DNA of 64,000 nt from Vairimorpha necatrix (GCA_036630325.1 CP142737.1:744001-808000), one strand, 5' to 3'. Counted from the stretch's first letter, positions 11,753 to 23,407 are shown. Numbers and translations are program-made. The notes: generated by a model not told the origin, from the letters alone.

Positions 11753-14700
11753 GGAAGTTATAGTAAATTTATAACGTGTAAAAAATCCTTGTTAATAGTA
11801 AATCCTTAGATAAATTGTGATTGAATATTTTGCAAAAATAGCACATTAATAATTAAAATAATAATAATTTAATTTGAATATGAAAGATTAAATTCATTAC
11901 GAGATGAAATTCTCAAATATAGCGCTAAATTATATTATTGTTTGGAGGTTTATGTCAACGAGTAATTTATCTCTTTTATTAAATTCAGTATCCATATGGG
12001 TACTCATATACTTTGATTTTATAGAACAATTTAAAGATCCTTTAGGCAAATTGAATTTTAATTCTTGTTTTAAATTATCTTAGTTTTATGTATCAAGAGC
12101 ACGTGTTTTGTGCATTACGTATTACCATGTTTGTGTTTATTACTTTATTATTGTAATATCGATCTATGTTTTTTAAAAAACTATTCTTATTATTTAAAAA
12201 AGTCAAATTATAATTTCACCCTCGCCAATAAGATGAACTATTGTGTGTATATGTTAAATATATTTACATAATTATTTAAAGTTTAGTGCAAAAACACCAG
12301 TAAATTTTTTTTGTTCAAGCCTCAATGTTTTTCAATATAAAAATTTTAAAGCCTCAGAGAGCTTATTTTGTAACATCTAGCCTTTTATAATTTTTTGAAG
12401 TTATCAACCACTTGCTCTTAAAAATAGTACAATGGATTAAATATACCAGAAATACAAGCTAATAAGGCAGGAGAAGCCGCTTATAAAAATAAAGTGCGTG
12501 TAGAAAAATCTTTATAAGTTGATGGTGGGAAATAAGCTACAATAAAGTTGATGCTTAAAAAAGTTTTCTATTTTATATGGTAAAGTTTTTTTTTGAATAC
12601 GGTTTAATTAAATGAAAATTAAGGTTTCTTTTACTAAAAAAAATTTGCTATATGTTGTATTTTGGGATTTAGTGATCATGGCGAATTTATATAAAATATT
12701 CGTATTGTATAAAGAAAAGAAAAAAAAAGAGATGTTTAAGTTATGTTTATTTTATTCGTTGTTTTATTTTCCTTAATTGTTTTTTTATCATCTATGTTTT
12801 ATCAAAAAAAGTCAAAAGAGGAAAGAATATGAGATTACTAGATTTTATGAACGAGAGATTGTTTAGAAAACTTATTTTAGCAGACTATTTGGCCAATTTC
12901 TACTCATATTTAACCGTATAATATAGATTTTTTTTACTTTTCTCATGTTAATCGTTGATCGAGACGACTGTAGGGATGAAGGAAGTAGAACTACATAGTA
13001 GAAAATGACCATAATACGAGATAATTTATTTCGATATGTAATGAACATAACAGTAAATATAATTGAAAAAAATTTATTCAAATTTGCATTTCACAGATGC
13101 CTAAATTCAAAAATTATATCTATTTTTTATCTTTGCGTCATTATAATATTATTATTGTAAAAAAGGTTTTTGATTAGATTATGTGGTTTAAAACAGACTT
13201 TGATATGGTTAAAATTATTTTTATAGTATTTACATTAAATCGTCTTCAGAGGAATTCTTGATTTTTATAGACCAATGTTTATAAATAAAATGTTTGTGCT
13301 CTTTCAATCATTCTTAGGCCTTATATTACATCCCCCTTACAAGATTTGTTATGGACTTCCGAAAGCAAATTCCATCACTTTTATAATTGATTTCTTCTTC
13401 ACAATGCCGTTTTAGACAATATAACTTACTAAAAATAATATGCCTAGACCAAGAAGTTAAAGGATGTCATTTCAATTTGAAATTTGGTTTTATGGTTATA
13501 TTGAGTTTTTTTTTGGTTTTCGCACCTTCACATTCTTTCGCTTTGATTTATGAAAAACAGGATTAAAAACAAAAAAATCTAGATTTAAATTAGTAAGCGG
13601 GCTAAAGTAAAAATTATACGTTTTTTGGAATACTGTTTTTAAAAATATTTTTTACGAGCACAAGGTTGTACTATAATTAAAAACGCTTTTAAAAATGTTT
13701 TATGTAAATTTTAAATGGTAAATAGAAATTTGTATGGTGGTTAATTTTACAAATTGTATTGTTTTTCCTCATTTTCTTAAAAACGACCTTTATAAAAAAT
13801 GTTTCATATAACTTCTATGAAAAAATAGGCATTAAACTACATTATATGCAATACTAATCAATCAGATATTAGAACGAATTTTATGTGAGATTGCTCATCG
13901 TCTAGTCTTTTATCCACTTGCTTTATTAAAAAGAAAGAAAAATTCAAAAATTAATTTTTTAAAATGATCGCACAATTCTTTTGTAGATTTTAATATGTCG
14001 AATACGTCATATAATAATTTTATGGCGCTTTTAATTAAACTACTTTTCGTTTTGAAATTATATTTCAAACATAAAGCAATAAACTATAACATAAACAGAA
14101 AATTTTAATTGCAGAGCTGTACCTTTAATATTTAGCATCATTTGAATTATTGACGTGAATATTCCTAAAAAATCTTTCTAAATCTTTTATAGAGCTATAT
14201 AAAAAATTTCACCCCAAAACTTACTTTTTCATATTATTTATTAAATAATGTACGAAAAAATATTTTATTTTAAAATATTCAATATTACCCGATATTTAAT
14301 CAATATTCTTTATAATTATGCAAAAATATCATATAAATTTGTCCTCATGTTGATTCATTTCTTTATTTTAAGTTTATAAAATTTAAAGAAGTTTCTGAAC
14401 AGGATGAATTAAATTTAGATATATCAGAAATACAAGGAACTAAAAAAGAAATCGCTCTTCACAAGCTACAAAGTGCTTTTGAATTGCATCATGACAGGCG
14501 GAATTTGATTGATGATACTAGTATTGAAATTGGCGGGTTAAATGGATACTTGGTCCATTTGCGAAATAATTTTCTAATATTTGGTTAGATAGCATTAAAA
14601 ACATTTGCAAAAGGTCGGAAGAGGATCCGTAATTAGTTGTGTTATTAGACTTGGTAATAAAAGCCGAGGAGTGTACAAACTATTCGTTAAAGATGCAAAA

Positions 14701-15369
14701 GGAAAGATAATATCAGAAAACAACAATGGCGAAGTCGAGTTTTATGTTTTGGTCGTATTTTTTGTCCTGATGCGTATACTAAGCCATTTGATGATATGAA
14801 CACTGAATTAAAAAACAAAATAAGTCATAGGTGAGCAGCAATTAAAAGTTACAAGATTTTCTAAAAGAAAATATATTTAATTAAACTCGTTCTAATTTTT
14901 TTACACGATTTGACAATAGTTTTTGAAATAATTTCAATAACTTTACACTTTTTCGCAAAATCTCAAAATTTTTATATTTTCACTACATGCACATTTACAA
15001 AAATTTATAGACATACACAACACATGATTCCAATGCATTCTTAAAGCAAAATCTTCTCTTAATATTAACATAAAGCATGATTTAGATAGTATTGATGGTT
15101 TAGAAAATAAGTCAAGCGAGGTCTAAATCTTGTTCTATTTGAAAAAAGATGTAAAGAAATAAATGATTCATAGAAAGTTATTTTATGTTACAATAACTTT
15201 AAAAAAGTTGAAAAAAATATGATTTTTTTTCTTAATTAAAGAAATTATCACGACGACAGATTGTTGTTTTGTATTTATGTGACAATATATGCATCAAATA
15301 AGATTTAAAAAATATTTAATCCTATTCGCATTCTAAGTCCCTTTTTAGGTAAAAATGCTAAAAATTAAA

Positions 15370-15417
15370 TGTATTTATTTATCATAATGGAGGTAAAAAT
15401 TATCAAAATATATAACA
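15370..15417 (-). repeat. 3' LTR of element 2 (48 bp)
   Basis: Identical to 18499-18546 and directly adjacent to the PPT. Confidence 0.92.
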
Positions 15418-15440
15418 TCCCCCCTCCAAGACGGTTAGTC

Positions 15441-15770
15441 TCACTTTATCCTTAACCCAAGCAGACTTTTTAGATCATAGTGCCTTTTCTTTACATATCT
15501 TCCATTTACTAACTTAACTATATAAGAATCATTGCCACATCTCTCTATAATTTTCCCACTCTCTAAAAACCTACCTTTCGAATATTTATCCGCACCTTTC
15601 AAGTTTTCCTTCTTAGCTACTCTCACGTACTCACCTACTTTAAATTTTTCCCGTTTCCCCATGTTAAACAGTTTTCCATATTTCCCCTGTGGGCTATTTT
15701 CAATCATTACATGTCCAGTTTTATCCTCTGTCGCTTCTATTGGTGTACATTTTAGTGCCGTGTGGTAAAA
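15441..15770 (-). CDS. Integrase C-terminal part of element 2, split off by a frameshift
   Basis: Shifting frame at the A4 run 15767-15770 gives YNMS/YHTALKCTP... continuing into FKVGEYVRV (ORF 15441-15707). Confidence 0.8.
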   Translation of the reverse strand, partial: FYHTALKCTPIEATEDKTGHVMIENSPQGKYGKLFNMGKREKFKVGEYVRVAKKENLKGADKYSKGRFLESGKIIERCGNDSYIVKLVNGRYVKKRHYDLKSLLGLRIK

Positions 15771-18499
15771 CTCATATTATATTTTTCAATGCTTCCCATG
15801 ACCTTCTCTGCAAATGTACCTTCTTTAGTCTTCAGAATGCTCTCTCGCAGCGTACCTATAACCCTCTCGACTCTGCCATTACTCCTGTGTGATTCGACAC
15901 TTACTTTTCTATGTTTAATTTCTAGTCTGTTACACAACTCTCTAAACCCCTCATTGATAAATTCTCGCCCATTATCCGTTATAATCTCTTCGGGCTTTTT
16001 TCCTTGTTCACACAACTTACTTAAAAATTCTGTCACATTCTTTCCAGTCTTGTTCTCCATTACCGTGCCCCATACTCTTCGAGTGTAATAATCTATCGCA
16101 ACCAATACGTATTTACCTGCGTCTCTAAAATCAATGAGATCCAAGGCAACCTTTTCTAAATAACGTGTAGTATCTACAAACTCACATCCACCGAGTCTTT
16201 TTCTATTATATATTTGACATTGTACACACTTTCGAATTGTCTCATTTATGTCCTTCTTTATTCCGGGCCAAGAAAATCTTTCCCGCATCGCGTAATATAC
16301 ACTTGTCATACATCTATGTCCAACTTTTTCGTGGTATTCCTGCATCAAACTTTCCCTTGACTCTTCTGGTGGTATCTCGACTTTCCGTCCTGAATCAAAT
16401 CTCCAATATTTTTTTCCTTCTGCGTCATCGACGTGCGCTTTCCATTTACCCTCTATCTGCTTGGCGGTCCTTTCTCTGATTTTCTTTTTCTTTTCATCGT
16501 CTTCCATATGTATCCTGCTTAACGCGTCAGCCACCACCATTTCTTCTGGTTTCTTATATTCTATGGTGAAGTCAAATTCCTGGATCTTTTCAATCCATCT
16601 ATTTATTCTATTGTTATTAAAACACGGTTTATTTCTAATCTCAACCAAGGCTTTATGGTCCGTCTCGATTTTAAACTTCCTACCGCGCAACTCGTATTCA
16701 AATCTTTTTATCCCCCAAAATACCGCGTACATTTCTTTCTCCGATATAGTATATCTGGTCTCTGTAGGTGTTAACTTTTTTGAACTCCATTGGATTGCTA
16801 CCCATTTATCTTTATCGTTCTTCTGAAGTAACACGGCTCCTATCCCTACATTGCTCGCGTCCGTTCTCAATATAAATTCCTTCCTATAATCAGGCAATCT
16901 AAGTTTCCCCATCGCTCTCAAAACATCTTTCAGCTCTAAAAACTCTCTATTCATTTCAACCGTCCATTCCCACTTCTTATCTTTACCTCTCAAGCTATCT
17001 GTCAGATGAATAGTTAATCCCGCGTAATTCTTTATAAAGTTCCTAAACCATCCTGTCATTCCTAGGAATCTTCGTGTTTCACTTACACTTGTCGGCTGCG
17101 GGAATTCCAACGCCTCGTTCTTCTTTATTTCATTCGCTTCAATATCTGTACCATTCAATGTGACTCCTAAGAGCTTAACTAACTGTTGGCTAAACTGTAT
17201 CTTCTCAATATTTAATCTCATTTTATGTCTTTTTAATCTTTCCAATGCTTCTATAACTAGCTTGTCATGCCTTCTTTTAGTTCTAGCGTGTATAACGATG
17301 TCGTCCATATATACCTCCACTCCTTCTCCTTGTAAATCTTCAAATATTTGGTTCATTATTCGTTGTAAAATCTGCGGGGAATTTTTATATCCCATTACCA
17401 TACTGTTCCATTCATATACCTTTCTGTTAAATTCAAAGGCCGTTTTGTGCTTATCCTCTTCTTCAATCTCTACGTGGTAAAAGCCTTCCTTCAGATCTAT
17501 AACGGTAAACCATTTAGACCCCTGTGTGGCTCTAACGATGTCCCTAATATTTGACAACTCATACGGATCTTTTTCAACTAAGTCATTTAAACTCATTAGA
17601 TTACTTACAAGCCTTACTCCTCCGTTAGGTTTTACTATAGCTCTAATTGGGTTCCTCCACTCGGATGTTGATCTTCTTATAATCTTTCTTTCTTCCAAAC
17701 TTTTTATATATTTTTCAGTTTTTTCCATCAACGCCTGTGGGATAGTTTGTCCTCTTTTAACTACTTTTTTCCCTGGTGGCGTCTCAATTTTACATTTCTC
17801 TATCTTACAGTGTACGATCTCTTCCTGCTGCAAGTCAAAAATTTCTCTAAACTTCGCTTTTATATCTTCAATGACAAGGCCCTCTTCTATTCTATCCTCT
17901 CTCATTCCTCTCCTTTTTGAATTTTGTTTACGTTTTGCTTCTCCGCATTTCCTATATTCTTGTGCGCTAAGTTCTGTGCTTGTAGATCCACTCTCTTCAT
18001 GAACAATTAAATACTTGTTAAAATGTTTATTTTTATTATCTTCTTCTTTCCTCTTCCTTACGAAGCAATCTCTTGCCATGTGCCCAAATCTACCACAGTA
18101 AAAACAATCTCTACTTCTTACTCTCGTAGTTTCTTCCCTTATTTTTCTTAATGTTCCTCTGTTTGCCAGCTCCTCTCGAACTGTTCCTCTAACCGACTCT
18201 GCAATTATTTCCATCATCTTACTTTTGTCTTCTTCTTCCTTCTTTTTTAATTCGTCCTTTCTAACCTCCTTTTCCATTTCTTCAATAATTAAGGACCAAC
18301 TATCTTCTTTTTTAATTCTTTCTACCATAAAGTTCTTTACTTCTTCCGAACCCATTTCATAAATTCTTGCCTTCCATAGAGACTCATCTACTCCATCCAA
18401 CTCTAGCTTATAAACTATTCTTTTAATTTCTTGTAACATTATTCTGGCCTCTTGACCACAGCCATCACTTGTTGACTCTCGATTTGGTATCGCCCCCAT
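15752..18499 (-). CDS. Gag-Pol polyprotein (short Gag with CCHC, RT, RNase H, integrase; no visible protease)
   Basis: CFYCGRFGHMARDC, YMDD, TDAS, ETDH, H..H..C..C, LDLID..TDNG..ER; start could be 18499 or 18514. Confidence 0.9.
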   Translation of the reverse strand: MGAIPNRESTSDGCGQEARIMLQEIKRIVYKLELDGVDESLWKARIYEMGSEEVKNFMVERIKKEDSWSLIIEEMEKEVRKDELKKKEEEDKSKMMEIIAESVRGTVREELANRGTLRKIREETTRVRSRDCFYCGRFGHMARDCFVRKRKEEDNKNKHFNKYLIVHEESGSTSTELSAQEYRKCGEAKRKQNSKRRGMREDRIEEGLVIEDIKAKFREIFDLQQEEIVHCKIEKCKIETPPGKKVVKRGQTIPQALMEKTEKYIKSLEERKIIRRSTSEWRNPIRAIVKPNGGVRLVSNLMSLNDLVEKDPYELSNIRDIVRATQGSKWFTVIDLKEGFYHVEIEEEDKHKTAFEFNRKVYEWNSMVMGYKNSPQILQRIMNQIFEDLQGEGVEVYMDDIVIHARTKRRHDKLVIEALERLKRHKMRLNIEKIQFSQQLVKLLGVTLNGTDIEANEIKKNEALEFPQPTSVSETRRFLGMTGWFRNFIKNYAGLTIHLTDSLRGKDKKWEWTVEMNREFLELKDVLRAMGKLRLPDYRKEFILRTDASNVGIGAVLLQKNDKDKWVAIQWSSKKLTPTETRYTISEKEMYAVFWGIKRFEYELRGRKFKIETDHKALVEIRNKPCFNNNRINRWIEKIQEFDFTIEYKKPEEMVVADALSRIHMEDDEKKKKIRERTAKQIEGKWKAHVDDAEGKKYWRFDSGRKVEIPPEESRESLMQEYHEKVGHRCMTSVYYAMRERFSWPGIKKDINETIRKCVQCQIYNRKRLGGCEFVDTTRYLEKVALDLIDFRDAGKYVLVAIDYYTRRVWGTVMENKTGKNVTEFLSKLCEQGKKPEEIITDNGREFINEGFRELCNRLEIKHRKVSVESHRSNGRVERVIGTLRESILKTKEGTFAEKVMGSIEKYNMSFTTRH

Positions 18500-18546
18500 G
18501 TATTTATTTATCATAATGGAGGTAAAAATTATCAAAATATATAACA
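18499..18546 (-). repeat. 5' LTR of element 2 (48 bp)
   Basis: TGTTATATATTTTGATAATTTTTACCTCCATTATGATAAATAAATACA immediately followed by a TGG PBS. Confidence 0.92.
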
Positions 18547-18904
18547 TTAAATGCCAAAAACAAAGACGCCATGCGACTGCCGATGCGTTTTAAATTAGGT
18601 TAAATACATAAAATAACATTATGTAACATGTATTTTTATCAATCAGTGACAGAACAATCACATGTTTTGAGGATGTTTTTTACTTTTTAATTTTTTTTGT
18701 CAGTCGAACATCCAATAAAAATTTCAATAAGTTTTTACCACCTTTTAACATAAAAACATTACCAATTTAAATATTTTTTCAATATAACTACTAGTGAAGA
18801 CGACATTAGCAGGTGTCAGGCATGAATAATAATAGGTTTAGAGAAGTTATATCTCTATAAAGCACTTACAGAAATATTTTTTATAGAATTAATTTTTTTT
18901 TAAA

Positions 18905-19560
18905 TAATTAGATCATATGGCCACACAATGTGATCGTATGCTTTCACATGATTACATGAGATGGCAGAATGAGGCACTGCGATGCATCCACCTGCAGTAG
19001 TGTAAGACGTATGGTCTATCCCATGCCAAAAGAATTAGAAATCATTCAGTCCAGGAATGTGTAGCTAATGAGTATGTTGAGATACGAGTCGATAGTAGGA
19101 TACATTCAAGTATTAAAATAAAGTATAACAAGCCTGATATACTAATTGTAGACAAGTTGAGGAAAGAAGTGATCGTTGTAGAAGTTGAAATCACAATTTT
19201 TAACAACCTCCATGCTGTAGAAACAGAAAAGAAACATAAATACGACTTGCTCGCAAATCATGTGGCTTCTTTCTACAAATAAAAGCCGAAAATTATTTCT
19301 TATGTGATGACGTGGGATGGAATAGTAACTAATTTTCACCGTACGCATATCAAAGTGCTCAGATTAGAACCCTGAACGGAAGCATATATACAGTCAAGAG
19401 TCCTTAAAATGACTCTAGAAAGACTAACTATGTCAGCCAGACATGGGCTTGATACAGATCAGGAAGGGGTTTTCGAGAGCCCAATGAGTGAATCTCAGAA
19501 GGAAGTCCTGGAACTGCCAGATGAGACTGCAAGCGTATCTTGTGAAAAGTAATTAATAAG
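18905..19560 (+). mobile_element. Degenerate 5'-truncated RLE non-LTR retrotransposon (subfamily B)
   Basis: Interrupted translation LDHMATQCDRMLSHDYMR..NEALRCIHL, IRVD, KPDILIVD, VEVEI, YVMTWDG, YIQS, homologous to 780-1330. Confidence 0.85.
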
Positions 19561-19795
19561 CCGAATATTATACCCAAATAAATTATTTATCATTTTTTAA
19601 ATAATTAATGTTCCATATGAAAGGATTAATTTATCTTAAACAATCAATGTTTCTAAAAATTATTAATTTTTCTTAAATAATCAATAATTCTTATGTAATA
19701 ATTAATTTTTAAACAATCAATGTTCTTATAAAAATTTTTAATTTTATAAACAAATGATAATTTTCTCTATACTAAATGTTTCTTATTAAATTTTT

Positions 19796-20722
19796 TTAAT
19801 TATTTTTTTGTTTGATATATTTTAGTGCATTTTTCCCTGCCACACATCCAGATGCTGCCGCTGTCACTGCTTGCCTATATTTTTTATCAAACACATCTCC
19901 ACACGCATAAATCCCTTCTTCTTCAGTTTGACATTTTTCATCCACTTTTATATATTTATCATCACTTAAAATATTTGAAAAGTTTTCCTCTATAAATTGG
20001 GTATTGGGCGTATGCCCAATACCAAAGAATAACCCGTCTAGTTCTATTTTTTTATTATTGTCTAATAAAATATATTCTAATTTATCTGTACCATGGGCAG
20101 ATTTCAAATTATACGGAGTTAATATTTTTATATTGTCAGTATTTTTCACTTCTTGTAGTTTATCAGGTCTACATCTAAATTCTTCTCTCCTGTGTATTAA
20201 ATAAACCTTTTTACATATTTTTGATAAAAATAAGACTTCTTCCATGGCCGAGTCTCCTCCTCCAATTACACAAGTTATTTTGTCTTTATAGAAATATCCA
20301 TCACATACGGCGCATGCACTAATTCCTTTTTGCCATAGTTCATTGTCTCCTGTTCCTTCCACATAGAGTCTTTTTGCTGACGCCCCAGTGCTTATTATTA
20401 TACATTCTGTTTTGTAAGTAATCTTCTTAGTCTTGACTAAGAAGATCCCTTCTTCTTTTTGTATATTGATGACTGTCCTGTCTATTTGTCTTATTCCTAG
20501 TTTTTCTACTTGTTCGTACATTGTAGTCATGAGATCTGGTCCTTGTACTCCTTTAGGGTACCCTGGGTAATTATCAACATGTGTTGTAGTAGTGAGTTGC
20601 CCTCCTGGTCCTATGCTGCCTATGAATCCACCTCTTAACATTAGTGGGTTCATTTCTTGTGTGTAGATTGCGGCGGAGTATGCAGCTGGTCCACTGCCAA
20701 TTATTATTATTTTTTCGATCAT
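19796..20722 (-). CDS. TRR1: Thioredoxin reductase (low-molecular-weight, fungal/bacterial type)
   Basis: GSGPA FAD motif, CAVC redox centre, GGGDSAMEE NADPH motif, GD..YRQA. Confidence 0.97.
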   Translation of the reverse strand: MIEKIIIIGSGPAAYSAAIYTQEMNPLMLRGGFIGSIGPGGQLTTTTHVDNYPGYPKGVQGPDLMTTMYEQVEKLGIRQIDRTVINIQKEEGIFLVKTKKITYKTECIIISTGASAKRLYVEGTGDNELWQKGISACAVCDGYFYKDKITCVIGGGDSAMEEVLFLSKICKKVYLIHRREEFRCRPDKLQEVKNTDNIKILTPYNLKSAHGTDKLEYILLDNNKKIELDGLFFGIGHTPNTQFIEENFSNILSDDKYIKVDEKCQTEEEGIYACGDVFDKKYRQAVTAAASGCVAGKNALKYIKQKNN

Positions 20723-21011
20723 ATTAGGGTAAGAAAAATATTTTAATTGTTTATTAATGAGTTTTACATTTTATTAGTTTTCATATGAATTTGTTTGCAC
20801 TACCTATAAAATCGTATACAAATGAAAACCTCGAATATATAAAAACTCATACACATATAAATTATATTTACAAACTCATACACATATAATTTATATTTAC
20901 ATAATACATCAAATACATATGTTTAAAATATGCATTAAATACATATATCTAAAATATACATATAGTTAAATATGATGAAATATTTTAGAAGTTTTTAAAA
21001 TATTTTGTTTA

Positions 21012-21668
21012 TTATTCAATCCTCTTTAAATGTTCATCCGTCTTTTTTATTACTTTCTCACTCTCTTCTGTTACTTTATTTATATCTTTTATTACTGACT
21101 TCTGTTTCTTTGCTTCTTTACTCTGTGACTCCGCCTCTTGTTTTATTCCTCTTACTGTATTCAATATATTTACTAATTCTTTATCCGTCTTATTCTGTCC
21201 TGGTACTAATTCGTCTATTTCTTTATATTCCTCATTTTGTATTTCTTCATTTTCTTCTACTTCATATTTCTTATTTTTAATTTCTTCTACTTCTTTACTC
21301 CCATTATCTTTTTTAAACCATTTACATATTGTTTCTATACATGCGAATCTACAAGTGAATATTGACCCTTCTCTTTCTATTTCGTCTGCTAGTTCTTCTC
21401 CTTTTTTCGCTTCTTTATGAATATTCACTGCACTTGTTTTTGCATTTTCTAGTACTTCTCCTTGTCTTTTAAATTCTTCTGATGCTTGTTTCTGGTCTAT
21501 TGCTGCTTGTCCAAGTTGTTGTCTTATATCTTTTGCTTGTTCGTAGTTTTCATCTTTTATTCGTCTTGCTTCTTCTACTATACTGTTGTCATCTTCTTGT
21601 AGATTCTTTTCTTCTTGTTTCTTCTGTTTTTGTTTCTGTGCTTTTGTAGTGTCGTAGATGTCGCCCAT
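21012..21668 (-). CDS. SNAP-25/Sec9-like Qbc SNARE
   Basis: Two heptad coiled-coil regions with central Q (FKRQGEVL, AKKQKSVI) flanking a Cys cluster CRFACIETICKW. Confidence 0.65.
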   Translation of the reverse strand: MGDIYDTTKAQKQKQKKQEEKNLQEDDNSIVEEARRIKDENYEQAKDIRQQLGQAAIDQKQASEEFKRQGEVLENAKTSAVNIHKEAKKGEELADEIEREGSIFTCRFACIETICKWFKKDNGSKEVEEIKNKKYEVEENEEIQNEEYKEIDELVPGQNKTDKELVNILNTVRGIKQEAESQSKEAKKQKSVIKDINKVTEESEKVIKKTDEHLKRIE

Positions 21669-21883
21669 AAAAAAACAAAAAAAAATCCAAAAAATATTAT
21701 AAATCCTAAATAATAAAAATATGTATAAAGTATGAATATTATAAAGTGTAAATATTATATGTATAAAGTGTGAATATTATATATTGTATACAATGAATCA
21801 ATATGTACAATACAATAAATCATTGTATACAATATATAATATTATACAATAAATCATATTTTACAATAAATCTTCATTACACT

Positions 21884-23254
21884 TTATATCTTTGATAATA
21901 TTATTATTAATTCGTCTAAGTCACAGTGTCTTAAAATATCATCCCCTTTCTTGACATAATTAATCTTCTTTATAAATTCCTTTACATCTTCCCTTAATTC
22001 TATCCTCATCCCAAATGAAAATATCTTCTTACTGATCTCATAAGGACTTACTGCCTCTTTATCTTCTTTGATCTTTTTATCTTCTTCTTTCTCTGTCTTC
22101 TTAGTATTCAGAAGATTAAAGAAATCTTCCCCGTATTTAAATTCATATTTCAAGATCTCTTCGTCTCCTACTTCATATTTCTTGACATACATCAGTGCAT
22201 TATTGTAGTCCCCTGTTTTAAGGAGGAAGTTTACTAGTTCTTGTTTCAGATATTTAGAGTCTGTCTCTTCTATACCACTAGTGTATATTTTAGTGACTAT
22301 GTCTTTATTACTGGTGTACTTGTACTCGTAGTCTGCTATATTCTTGTATATGACGTCATTTACTAGACCCTTGATCTTGAGATTTATAAATTCCTTCCTG
22401 AAGGGGATGAGTCCTTGTCTTTTGAGAATTAAAGAGAGGTGATTCATAATGAGGATACTTAAGAAATCAGGGATGTCTTCTCTGTCATTTTTTCTTTTTA
22501 AATTCACCATATCATACTTACTTAATTCTATGTAATCTTGATCTACTAATTCTAAATTAATTAGTTCATTATTTGTTAGTTTATTATTTGTTAGTTCTTT
22601 GTTGTTTATTATTCTATATTGATGATATATCTTAAGAAATATGCCCGTAGTATTTTCTATTCCTAATCTTACTATTTCTCTCGCTTCTTCATATTTATTA
22701 TTCTTTATTAAATATTCACTAAAATTAAAATATGTCTCTTCATCTTTATAATTAAAATATATCGACTCTTTATACAAGAAACATATTCTTTTATGAAACA
22801 TGTCTTCATGAAGCTTAAGTGGATTCTCTAATTCTATTTTCATATCCTTGGCTTTTTTAATATGATGATAAAAAGACAAAGTATTCTGGTACATAAGAAA
22901 TGTCTCTTGTAGGATCTTCTTAGCCTGGGGCTTGTTATATTCCAATTCGAACTCTTCATAGTCGGCGTATAATTCTGGTAGACTGTGCATTGGGACTTGT
23001 AAGATGTGGATGAATGTATTTCTCATTCTTTCTATCTTGGTATTCTCGTCTGATAAATTATTTAGCATTTTGAGATATTTCTTGTAGAGCGGGGCGGAGT
23101 TCTGACTGTAGCCTATTTTTATAAGAATCTTTTCTAGGAGAAATAAGTCCATGGAAGATTGTAAGTAAGACTGGATGATTTTTATATCGTAGACTTCTTG
23201 GATGATATGATCATCTAAGTCATGATCATGGATTGTGTCTTTATTTATGAACAT
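21884..23254 (-). CDS. RNA14: mRNA 3'-end processing factor Rna14/CstF-77 (HAT repeats), reduced
   Basis: Motif MRNTFIHILQVPMHSLPELYADYEEFE...AKKI typical of the Rna14/Suf HAT region; CCCC before ATG. Confidence 0.75.
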   Translation of the reverse strand: MFINKDTIHDHDLDDHIIQEVYDIKIIQSYLQSSMDLFLLEKILIKIGYSQNSAPLYKKYLKMLNNLSDENTKIERMRNTFIHILQVPMHSLPELYADYEEFELEYNKPQAKKILQETFLMYQNTLSFYHHIKKAKDMKIELENPLKLHEDMFHKRICFLYKESIYFNYKDEETYFNFSEYLIKNNKYEEAREIVRLGIENTTGIFLKIYHQYRIINNKELTNNKLTNNELINLELVDQDYIELSKYDMVNLKRKNDREDIPDFLSILIMNHLSLILKRQGLIPFRKEFINLKIKGLVNDVIYKNIADYEYKYTSNKDIVTKIYTSGIEETDSKYLKQELVNFLLKTGDYNNALMYVKKYEVGDEEILKYEFKYGEDFFNLLNTKKTEKEEDKKIKEDKEAVSPYEISKKIFSFGMRIELREDVKEFIKKINYVKKGDDILRHCDLDELIIILSKI

Positions 23255-23407
23255 AAGAGGGGCCTAAAAAGGAAAGTAGAAAATGTCATGATGTATTTTA
23301 AAATGTCTTCTAGAGACATTTAGAAAGCACAAAAGTTAATACATTTGTATGGATAGTAGACATAGTCAATAAAAGGCGAAATAGTCTCGACTTTTTTACC
23401 CCTCTTC

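Larger units (their letters stand above)
15370..18546 (-). mobile_element. Compact Ty3/Gypsy LTR retrotransposon with 48-bp LTRs (element 2)
   Basis: Identical 48-bp TG...CA repeats, TSD TTAAA (15365-15369 and 18547-18551), PBS TGGGGGCGATACC, PPT GGAGGGGGGA, RT-RH-IN ORF. Confidence 0.93.

Noticed and set aside
15532-18002. Several plus-strand ORFs
   Set aside because: Antisense to the Gypsy polyprotein
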